From Parcubacteria group bacterium Gr01-1014_13 (GTDB lineage: Bacteria > Patescibacteriota > Patescibacteriia > Magasanikbacterales > GWA2-37-8), in assembly GCA_007376295.1 (NCBI GenBank), contig VMGB01000001.1:80424-144423 (forward strand): a stretch of DNA of 64,000 nucleotides, in the 5' to 3' direction. Below the pieces are notes generated by a model. The model was not told the origin of the DNA. It was given only the letters and a program-made list of their open reading frames with translations, and made no database searches. The position numbers and the translations under genes were made by a program. This document shows, piece by piece, positions 10,088 to 17,605 of this stretch; position 1 is the stretch's first letter, and the number at the start of each line of letters is the position of its first letter.

Positions 10088-11221
10088 TTATTCAGTAACC
10101 TTGAGCGTGCCCCACTGGCCATTTATTTTGTGGCCTGGTTTGGAACAGTAATAGACAAAATCTCCCGTTTTGTCTGCGGTAAATTCAACTATCACTTCCT
10201 GATTCAGAGGCAGCTCTTCAGTAACCCTAAATTCATTAATTAAAAAATCGTGTATACCCAGGGTGTTGGTGATCTTAATTCTAACCCTATCTCCTTTTTT
10301 TACAACCATTTCCGGCAGGGAAAAAGCTGGTTTTTTGAGCGTCGGATCATAGTAAGCGGTCATGGTAAATTCTTTTACCGATTCGTTTGGGGAATTTTTT
10401 TTGGAAGTTTGGCTATCGCCCTTTAAATTTTTATTTAAGAAATCAACGGTTTTTTTCCAAGCATCTTTTGTTTCATCTGCCGCGTAGTTCATTCCTGAAG
10501 GATTGGCAAAAGCGTGTCCTACGCCTGGGTAGATATGAATTTCATTTGGCGTGCCAAGTTTGTCCAGGGCGGCATCAAATTGGTTTACACTTTCCATGCT
10601 TATAGACGTGTCTTTATCTCCAAATATGCCAAGCACCGGCCATTTGATGGCTTTAAGTTTTTCGGTGGTAGTGGCCAAGCGTCCATAGTAAATAATGGTG
10701 GCATCCATCTTTTCACCGGAAAGCGCTAGCAACAAAGATTGTCCGCCGCCGAAACACCAACCAATAGAAGCGATTTTAGTAACCCCCTGATCTTTTAGAT
10801 ATTTTACTGCCGCCTTCATATTTTTAGTGCCCACTTCTTGGCTAAAATTTGCTGTAAGCGCGCGGGCTTCTTCTTGAGTTTCTACGGATTTACCCAAAAG
10901 GTCTACAGCCAAAACCATGTATCCTTCTCGAGCAAGTTGTTTGGCCATATTGCGAATATTGTCGTTAAGTCCGCGATTCTCATGGATCATAACAATACCC
11001 GGATATTCTCCAGCTTTTTCCGGTCTGGCCAAAAATCCTTTGGCTTGTTCAAAGTAATTTACATCGCTTGTAACTACAGCGTAGCTTCCTTCGCCAGATA
11101 GCATTTCTGAATTTTTTATATTTTTATCTGCGGGAGTAGCGGCTTGTTTTGATTTTGACATAAACAAACCGGCTCCGATAACTAGTATGACGGCCAAAAG
11201 AGGGAATAATAATTTACGCAT
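10088..11221 (-). CDS. Exported dienelactone hydrolase family protein fused to a C-terminal cupredoxin domain
   Basis: N-terminal signal/TM. HENRGL, GWCFGG nucleophile, GHAFAN; C-terminal HDF...YYCSKPGH...GTLKV. Confidence 0.85.
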   Translation of the reverse strand: MRKLLFPLLAVILVIGAGLFMSKSKQAATPADKNIKNSEMLSGEGSYAVVTSDVNYFEQAKGFLARPEKAGEYPGIVMIHENRGLNDNIRNMAKQLAREGYMVLAVDLLGKSVETQEEARALTANFSQEVGTKNMKAAVKYLKDQGVTKIASIGWCFGGGQSLLLALSGEKMDATIIYYGRLATTTEKLKAIKWPVLGIFGDKDTSISMESVNQFDAALDKLGTPNEIHIYPGVGHAFANPSGMNYAADETKDAWKKTVDFLNKNLKGDSQTSKKNSPNESVKEFTMTAYYDPTLKKPAFSLPEMVVKKGDRVRIKITNTLGIHDFLINEFRVTEELPLNQEVIVEFTADKTGDFVYYCSKPGHKINGQWGTLKVTE

Positions 11222-11259
11222 ATAATTTAAAACTATTTAATAGGGTTAAGTATGATTAA

Positions 11260-11514
11260 TTATACCACAGCTTTTTCTATTTTTAATATCCTTCTTTTCA
11301 TCTCAGCACCTCGGTTGTATTCACCCAATTTTCCATCGGAACGGATTACGCGGTGGCAGGGGATGTCTGGCGCATAATTTTTCTTTAGAGCAGAGCCTAC
11401 GGCCCGATAAGCGTGTGGACGTCCCATTTTTTGCGCCACTTGTTTGTAGGTGAGGGTTTGGCCTTTGGGAATTTTTTTCACCACGGCGTAAACTTTTTCT
11501 TGGAATGGGGTCAT
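11260..11514 (-). CDS. MGMT (O6-methylguanine-DNA methyltransferase) family protein, single domain
   Basis: IPKGQTLTYKQVA, RAVGSAL, IPCHRV active site. Confidence 0.9.
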   Translation of the reverse strand: MTPFQEKVYAVVKKIPKGQTLTYKQVAQKMGRPHAYRAVGSALKKNYAPDIPCHRVIRSDGKLGEYNRGAEMKRRILKIEKAVV

Positions 11515-11557
11515 AGGATAGCGGTGTGTGATTGATGTTGTCGGAATTACAACCAAG

Positions 11558-11926
11558 TTAGAAGCAAGAACGCGCCGCAAAATAGTCCGCTGCTGTTGGT
11601 TGGGCGCCAGCTTTAATTTCGTTGGCGCGTTTGTCTCCTAATTTAGCATAAAAACACTGTTTCATAGCTGGAGTAATGGTAGTTGGCAAGGTTGCAGGGT
11701 CAATACCAATTTTTTCTAGCGCTTTTTCTTGAGTAGGTGATAAAAGAGGATTTTTATCAGTAGTATTACCACTTTCTTTGGTTGTGGATGCGGGTTGGCC
11801 GGTTAAACTTTTGATAATAGGTTTTATTCCGTACGGATCAGTTATGTATAGGTACGCGCCAACAACTAAAAGTATAAAAAATATTACCCCGAGAGTAGTA
11901 AAAAATATTTGTAAAAATTTTTTCAT
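11558..11926 (-). CDS. Hypothetical membrane-anchored protein
   Basis: N-terminal TM, C-terminal domain with two Cys; start ATG 11926. Confidence 0.75.
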   Translation of the reverse strand: MKKFLQIFFTTLGVIFFILLVVGAYLYITDPYGIKPIIKSLTGQPASTTKESGNTTDKNPLLSPTQEKALEKIGIDPATLPTTITPAMKQCFYAKLGDKRANEIKAGAQPTAADYFAARSCF

Positions 11927-11963
11927 ATTTTTAATATCACAATGGATGAGAGAATAAGTTGAT

Positions 11964-12161
11964 TTAAGGACATTTTGCAAATTCGCATTTTGGGCCACTG
12001 CGGCCGACATAAGAACCGTCTGGGCATTGCTTAGCGTCCATAGTACACATTACTGGTTCGGTGGGCGAGGTGTTTTCTTCACTCCTATCATTTTTAGCAA
12101 CAACACATCCACCGCCGGTTAAAATTAACAAAGCCACTAGGCCTAGAAATACTTTTTTCAT
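11964..12161 (-). CDS. Small putative lipoprotein with four-Cys motif CTMDAKQCPDGSYVGR..CEF..CP
   Basis: Hydrophobic signal ending TGGGC followed by a compact disulfide-type motif. Confidence 0.75.
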   Translation of the reverse strand: MKKVFLGLVALLILTGGGCVVAKNDRSEENTSPTEPVMCTMDAKQCPDGSYVGRSGPKCEFAKCP

Positions 12162-12307
12162 AAATTTTTGTATTTTATTATAATTCTTAATGTTACTATA
12201 TAACTTTTATATTATATGGGCAATAGGGTATTGACTATGCCATTAAATTGTGCTGTAATAATTGGAGATCTTTGAATATAGACTATAAAACAGAGAGGGG
12301 GGGTGCC

Positions 12308-12781
12308 ATGAGAACATATCTGTTTACGAAGAGAGCGCCAACGCCTGGCCCCTACAGTCAGGCAATTTGTGTCGAAGATGCTGGCAAAATGATTTTTTTG
12401 TCAGGTCAAACTGGAAATATTCCGGGAATCAAAGGTGAACCAGTTATTGCCGGTGGCCTTGGTCCTCAAACCACTCAGGCATTAAAGAATATTTTGGCTA
12501 TCGTTGAAACTGTTGGTGGTAAGATTCAGCATATTGTGGAATTAAAGATTTTTCTCAAGGATAGCGAGGCGTCCAAGGAAGAGAGGCCGCTGGCAAGAGC
12601 TGCTGCGAGAAAAACTCTTAATGAAGCCTATGAGGAGTTCTTTTTTCAGTATGGTCATTCCAGAGAAAGAAAAAATCTTCCTGCCAGAACCATGGTTTGG
12701 GTGTCGGAAGTGCCATTGGAATTTCCGGCCGAAGATACTTTGGTAGAGATAACCGCCATAGCGGTTATTCCAAAGCGTTGA
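12308..12781 (+). CDS. RidA/YjgF family protein
   Basis: APTPGPYSQA, LSGQ, QTTQALKNI, PART, LVEI motifs; G-rich SD upstream. Confidence 0.85.
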   Translation: MRTYLFTKRAPTPGPYSQAICVEDAGKMIFLSGQTGNIPGIKGEPVIAGGLGPQTTQALKNILAIVETVGGKIQHIVELKIFLKDSEASKEERPLARAAARKTLNEAYEEFFFQYGHSRERKNLPARTMVWVSEVPLEFPAEDTLVEITAIAVIPKR

Positions 12782-12809
12782 TTTTTTAAAAAGCAACGCA
12801 CAAATTTAT

Positions 12810-12833
12810 AGGTCGCTTACTAGCGGCCTTTTT
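12810..12833 (+). terminator. Intrinsic terminator between convergent genes
   Basis: AGGTCGCT-TACT-AGCGGCCT hairpin followed by T run. Confidence 0.65.
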
Positions 12834-13009
12834 CATTTCTTAGGAGGAACTTTGGCGCCGCTTTTTCTAGCTTCGGACAAGCCGATAGCAATAGCCTGTT
12901 TCCTGCTAGTAACTTTTTTTCTACTTTTTCCGGATTTTAAAGTTCCGGTTTTGTATTCATGCATTACTTTTTTCATTTTTTTCTTTGTCTTTGGTCCATA
13001 TTTTGGCAT
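12833..13009 (-). CDS. DUF6496-like small basic protein
   Basis: VMHEYKTGTLKSG..KVTSRKQAIAIGLSEARKSGAKVP; start ATG 13009. Confidence 0.8.
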   Translation of the reverse strand: MPKYGPKTKKKMKKVMHEYKTGTLKSGKSRKKVTSRKQAIAIGLSEARKSGAKVPPKK

Positions 13010-13138
13010 ATTTATTATTAAATGAATAAAAATAACCACTCAGGGTAAATTATCCCATATTATCTATGAAATAAGTATGAAGTATTTTTAAAGTAAAAGA
13101 TATTTAAAACCACTCTAATACATAGAGTGGTTGCTATT

Positions 13139-13648
13139 TTATAGCATTTCGGTTTTGATTTTTTCAATCAGTGGGCCGTGGGTGCAGCGGAAAATGAAAC
13201 CGTCGTCAAGTTTAATATCATGAGTCGTGTGATGCGGCCGTTCTACTTTTATCACACTCTCCGACCATTCTAGAATTGCGATCATTGCATGATACGTTAA
13301 AGAGGTAGGGAAAACTTCGACATGATCAAATCCATTTTTTTGAGAATTATCCGGTTTTTGATCGGAAAGTTCGAGGAAATTGATTTCTCCCAACGCTGTG
13401 TTGATGCCACGCTTTAATTTTATGTAAGCAATTCGGCGCCCAGAAATAATGCTTTGGTAGATATATTCACTTGTAGATTCTAGCAGAGTTCGTATAAAAT
13501 CAAATGATTCTTTTGATTCGCATTTATAACAAATATGATCTGCTCTAGTTTTTCCTTGAAGGTCGTATTTGTTTGCAAAATCGTTAAAAGAGCGCATTGA
13601 TTTTTCTGCTTCAATGTAAAATTCGTCGAGTGTTTTAATGATATCCAT
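13139..13648 (-). CDS. YecM-like VOC family protein
   Basis: DHICYKC, ISGRRIA, FLEL, GFDHVE motifs. Confidence 0.82.
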   Translation of the reverse strand: MDIIKTLDEFYIEAEKSMRSFNDFANKYDLQGKTRADHICYKCESKESFDFIRTLLESTSEYIYQSIISGRRIAYIKLKRGINTALGEINFLELSDQKPDNSQKNGFDHVEVFPTSLTYHAMIAILEWSESVIKVERPHHTTHDIKLDDGFIFRCTHGPLIEKIKTEML

Positions 13649-13669
13649 GAAATTATTATATATTAAAAA

Positions 13670-13690
13670 TAACCCTATTGTATAGGGTTA
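13670..13690 (-). terminator. Terminator hairpin after tRNA-Ser
   Basis: TAACCCTAT-TGT-ATAGGGTTA inverted repeat, with T run on the minus strand. Confidence 0.65.
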
Positions 13691-13692
13691 TC

Positions 13693-13783
13693 TGGCGGAG
13701 AGGGAGAGATTCGAACTCTCGAGGGATTTTACTCCCTGCCACGTTAGCAGTGTGGTGCCTTCAACCATCTCGGCCACCTCTCC
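13693..13783 (-). tRNA. tRNA-Ser(GCT)
   Basis: Minus strand GGAGAGGTGGCCGAG...CCACA-CTGCTAA-CGTGG, long variable arm, GTTCGAATC T loop, ends CTCTCCGCCA. Confidence 0.95.
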
Positions 13784-13889
13784 ATATTGTTCCGATATTC
13801 TATCAGAAAATCGTATTTAGTCAATGGCTCTCGACAAATTATTAATATCAAGTTAAACTAAAAATAATCTAAAGATTAACTTTAATATT

Positions 13890-13994
13890 ATGCAAAATCA
13901 GGAAGAAGATATTGACGTATGGGACGAAGTGGTTGATTTTACAAAAATAAAAAAAGGAGGGATAAAGGTAGAAGAGATTCTATCTCGTTTGTAG
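13890..13994 (+). CDS. Putative 34-aa small protein (not in ORF track)
   Basis: MQNQEEDIDVWDEVVDFTKIKKGGIKVEEILSRL; fills the intergenic gap and has the A/T leader typical of this genome. Confidence 0.5.
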   Translation: MQNQEEDIDVWDEVVDFTKIKKGGIKVEEILSRL

Positions 13995-14074
13995 AATAAT
14001 TTATAGAGTAGAGTATAGCCAAGTTTATTTGTTGGCCATAGAGAAAAGGAGCGAAAATACATATAAAGATATTT

Positions 14075-14108
14075 AAAAAAATAGCGTGGCCAATGTGTTA
14101 GCCACGCT
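14075..14108 (-). terminator. Terminator of the 15633-14132 operon
   Basis: AGCGTGGC-N10-GCCACGCT hairpin followed by T run on the minus strand. Confidence 0.7.
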
Positions 14109-14131
14109 GAAAGGACAAATTTATTCTTTTT

Positions 14132-14617
14132 CTAGAAACGATGTTTGATGTAATACCAAACGTCACCATTGTCAATCCACTTGCATACCTCTTGAAGAAT
14201 TATGGTTTCGACAGATTCTGCCAGGTTTTCGGCAGAATACACGCGTTGGTTGGAGCAGCGCAGGCCACTATACCTCCAAAATAGGCCGCTTACAGAAATT
14301 CCGAGTGAAACTTTCTCCGTTCCCATTACCTGTCCGTTAAAGAAGCATAGGTCTGATCCATGCGACGCCTTCATCAATTCCTTACCATCGTCGCTTTCTC
14401 TTAGCTCTGTGGCCCAGAGAAAAATCTTGGTTGCGTACTCCAAGCCATTTTTTAGTCTGGCGATACGAAGATTTTTTTGTTTTGCTTCTCTTTTTTGTTT
14501 GATCAGCTTCTCCGATTTTTCTTTTTTCAATCTTTTCTTGTATAATCTTTGAGCAAGCTCGTGGATGTCTTTAGGAATGTTGAAGGCGGTTTTGTCTGTC
14601 GGGACCTTCTTGTTCAT
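14132..14617 (-). CDS. Hypothetical protein
   Basis: 161-aa ORF; ATG overlaps the upstream stop (TAATG); AAGGA SD. Confidence 0.7.
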   Translation of the reverse strand: MNKKVPTDKTAFNIPKDIHELAQRLYKKRLKKEKSEKLIKQKREAKQKNLRIARLKNGLEYATKIFLWATELRESDDGKELMKASHGSDLCFFNGQVMGTEKVSLGISVSGLFWRYSGLRCSNQRVYSAENLAESVETIILQEVCKWIDNGDVWYYIKHRF

Positions 14618-15225
14618 TAGCTATTTCCTTTTGAGGAGGTGGTAACTTTGTTGATTTTCATCAACTCTTCCAGAGCTTTTTTGTCTCTGGCTTTGTCCAA
14701 ATCATTGGTGCGTTCCACCGGAATACCAATAACTTTAAAATCTTCGCGGCCGTGTTTGAGCACGGGGATATTGCATTTTTTGGCCGTCTCTATGGCCAAA
14801 TCTTTGGCCCATTTATACAAAAGATCTTCCGACAACCTAATCTGGCGGTATCTGCCTTGTTTGGCATTTTTGTCTTGCCAGTTTAGGTCTATGTGCCAGT
14901 TACGACTGCGGTGAGGATGATGTCTCGAAGACGGACCAGACTCCCAAAGAGCAAGATGTGGCATTACCAGCAAAGCATCTCGGATAGCTTCGTGTTCCGG
15001 ATATTTATCCATTTGCGTCGGTTTGCATTTTTCGCAAGGCCGGTAGCCGCATTTGATAGCGTCTTTCCAGCTGGCAAAGAAAACACGGTTTTCTTTGAGC
15101 ATACGTTTACCAGACTTACAATCCAGCCGGCCAAATATTTTGTGTGTGGTATTACCGGCGTAGACACCAGGGATAAGAGTGATTATTTGCTCACCCTGTT
15201 TGTTTAGCAACTTGTACTGCTTCAT
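14617..15225 (-). CDS. Ada-type metal-binding domain fused to an unknown domain
   Basis: KIFGRLDC..NRVFF..A..GYRPCEKCKP; AAGGAG SD. Confidence 0.8.
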   Translation of the reverse strand: MKQYKLLNKQGEQIITLIPGVYAGNTTHKIFGRLDCKSGKRMLKENRVFFASWKDAIKCGYRPCEKCKPTQMDKYPEHEAIRDALLVMPHLALWESGPSSRHHPHRSRNWHIDLNWQDKNAKQGRYRQIRLSEDLLYKWAKDLAIETAKKCNIPVLKHGREDFKVIGIPVERTNDLDKARDKKALEELMKINKVTTSSKGNS

Positions 15226-15249
15226 CGCTAACTCCTTGTGTAGTTTTTT

Positions 15250-15633
15250 CTAAAACGCAGAAGTGAACCTGATAGCTTTTTTGCTAGTCTGTAACTCTGC
15301 GACAGATTTTTTCTTTTTCGCGCTGGATTTTTTTGTCGGTACCCACAACACAGTGAATCCCACAACATCGTGCTCTATCACCGGCAGGTTATATGAAATG
15401 CCAAGAGCGATCGCAACCGGTTTTGCTTTATCGTATACAAAGTGATTTGTCAAACTAAGACAGCAGTCTATTGTTTGGCCGTTATTTTTTTCTTGCCAGT
15501 TCAGAGCCATATACCAGGTGCAGTCTGGTTTGTTGCGATCTGGCGGCGGACCTGATTTCCACATAGCAATGTGTGGCTTCGCTTCCAACTTTAAATTCTT
15601 CAAAAACTTTTTTTGTTTTTCTTGTTGACCCAC
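15250..15633 (-). CDS. Hypothetical protein, paralogous to the C-terminal domain of 14617-15225
   Basis: GTG start at 15633 after AGGAGG; shared PH.A.W.SGP...W...LNWQ.KN...AK..AI.....N.PV..H....F.V...P pattern. Confidence 0.7.
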   Translation of the reverse strand: MGQQEKQKKFLKNLKLEAKPHIAMWKSGPPPDRNKPDCTWYMALNWQEKNNGQTIDCCLSLTNHFVYDKAKPVAIALGISYNLPVIEHDVVGFTVLWVPTKKSSAKKKKSVAELQTSKKAIRFTSAF

Positions 15634-15673
15634 GAGGCCTCCTGTTGATAAATAGCTGATGTTAATATACAGC

Positions 15674-17146
15674 TTAAAGTGTTTCCAAATCAAGAGTCTG
15701 GGTAATACCAATTTGATCCACGAATTCTGGTACGTGGCTAACGAGGATTATTGCGCCTTCAAATTCATCTAGGGCTTTGGCGATGATAGGTAAGTGGCGG
15801 AAGTTTATATGATTAGTCGGTTCGTCCATGATAAGAAGCCCAGGTTTTTGTAAAACAAATCTGGCATAGCAAAGCAAACCTTTTTGTCCTTCAGAAAGCG
15901 AACCGACTTTGTTTTTTAAAATTTCCGAAGACAGCAAAAACATGGCAGCAGTAGCGTAAATTTCTTGATTAAATGGATTTGGCATCATTTCTTCCAGCGC
16001 TTGATAAGCGGTTTTATCAAAATCTAATCCAGAAAAATCTTGGCGGTAGTAGCCAACACGCACATCGGGAGTAATTACCGCACCTTCATTGGTACCATCG
16101 GCGAGAGCTTGGAGAAGTGTGCTTTTGCCGATGCCGTTTGGGCCTTTGATAAGCAGACGTTGTCTTTTGCGCACAGTAATGGCTGGAGAAATATTTTTTT
16201 GCACCGGTTCATGATCTATCATTACACCCACGGAATTTATTTCCACCATCGGTCCGATAATTTCTGGTTGTGAAGGAATAGTAAATTCATTTATAGTTTT
16301 ATCTTCTCGGCGTTCATCTACCATATCTTCTTCGGCTTCTTCTACTTGGTCGCGTAGTTTGCTGGCCAAGGCGCGCATCTTACCGCCTTTGTTGGCGAAA
16401 AAGTTTATTTTATCTTTTCTATCCTGAATACTTTTGCGTAATTGGGCGTTTTTGGCGCGTTCGCGTTCAATGCGGGCTTCGATTTCTCCCAGTACGCTAT
16501 AGTAGTCGCCAACGTATTGTTCGATTTTATGTGTAAAGGAATCCAAATACAGCACGCCGTCGGTAAAAGAATTTAAAAAATTGGCGTCGTGGGAAATAAC
16601 CAGACAAGTTTTAGGGTAGGACATTAGAAAAGCAGTAAGGTGCTCTATTCCTTGAGTGTCCAAATTGTTGGTTGGTTCATCAAGAAGTAAAATATCCGGT
16701 TTTTGAATTAACGCATAAGCCAAAAGAAGTCTGGCCTGCTGTCCACCGGAAAACTGTTTAATTTTTTTATCCAGTGGTGCTTTGAGGTGCACGATATTTA
16801 AAACTTCGTTTATGCGTTTTGGTAAATCAAATATTTTTTTATCAAAGGTTTGGCCAAAAAATTCTTCCACAGTTTTTTCTAGGTTTTCTGGCTTCATGAC
16901 TTGGGTAGCAATGGCAATACTAGCTCCAAGACTGGTGTTGGCTTGGCCGTTTTCTGGTTTTAAATCTTTGGTGATTAATTTAAAAATGGTGCTTTTGCCA
17001 GCGCCGTTTTGGCCCATGATGGTGAATTTGGAATTTTCACGCACAGAAAAACTGGCCTCATCCAAAATGGGTTTATTCTCGTCGTAAGCAAATGATACTT
17101 CGTCGAAAGAGATAATTACGTTACCGTGACTAGACATAGTGGGCAT
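15674..17146 (-). CDS. ABC-F family ATP-binding protein
   Basis: Two ABC domains (GQNGAGKST/FSGGQ/LLDEPTNNLD; GPNGIGKST/LSEGQ/DEPTNH), no TM segments. Confidence 0.93.
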   Translation of the reverse strand: MPTMSSHGNVIISFDEVSFAYDENKPILDEASFSVRENSKFTIMGQNGAGKSTIFKLITKDLKPENGQANTSLGASIAIATQVMKPENLEKTVEEFFGQTFDKKIFDLPKRINEVLNIVHLKAPLDKKIKQFSGGQQARLLLAYALIQKPDILLLDEPTNNLDTQGIEHLTAFLMSYPKTCLVISHDANFLNSFTDGVLYLDSFTHKIEQYVGDYYSVLGEIEARIERERAKNAQLRKSIQDRKDKINFFANKGGKMRALASKLRDQVEEAEEDMVDERREDKTINEFTIPSQPEIIGPMVEINSVGVMIDHEPVQKNISPAITVRKRQRLLIKGPNGIGKSTLLQALADGTNEGAVITPDVRVGYYRQDFSGLDFDKTAYQALEEMMPNPFNQEIYATAAMFLLSSEILKNKVGSLSEGQKGLLCYARFVLQKPGLLIMDEPTNHINFRHLPIIAKALDEFEGAIILVSHVPEFVDQIGITQTLDLETL

Positions 17147-17236
17147 ATACTAACAGAAAAAAAGGCCGCGGTCAACCAGTATGCTTGTATTTGTCTATGA
17201 TTTTATGGTAACCTAAGCCCACAGGAGGAAACAAAC

Positions 17237-17443
17237 ATGGTTGGACCAGTAGGACAAGCAGGGCCTTGGGGGCCGAACGGATTTTTCACCAGAGTAAAGC
17301 GCGGAACAAATTTTGCGCTTGTCGGTGTAGGCGTTGCTGCTATCGCAAGTTTTTTCATACCAATTGTTCCGCTCGTGGCAGTATTAAGCGCCGGCGGCGT
17401 TGGCGGCGCAGCAATCGCAAAGGCGACCGGAAAGAAAAAATAA
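17237..17443 (+). CDS. Small Gly/Ala-rich membrane protein
   Basis: 68 aa with hydrophobic glycine-zipper-like segment; AGGAGG SD; own terminator. Confidence 0.7.
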   Translation: MVGPVGQAGPWGPNGFFTRVKRGTNFALVGVGVAAIASFFIPIVPLVAVLSAGGVGGAAIAKATGKKK

Positions 17444-17461
17444 AGTAGGAGAAGTATTTAT

Positions 17462-17488
17462 GCCTCGCAAATGCGAGGCTTTATTTTT
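17462..17488 (+). terminator. Intrinsic terminator
   Basis: GCCTCGC-AAAT-GCGAGGC plus T-rich tail. Confidence 0.7.
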
Positions 17489-17605
17489 AAGTGAAATGAG
17501 AGTTGCCGTATTTATCCACAGCTGAAAATAAAAAAATGTGGTATAATTAATTTATCAAAGAGGGGAAAGCAATCTCGAAAAATTCGGGATTGTTTTTTTA
17601 TACAA

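Noticed and set aside
13693-15633. Prophage or integrative element at tRNA-Ser
   Set aside because: No integrase, no duplicated tRNA 3' end seen, and the orphan genes lie on the tRNA's 5' side.
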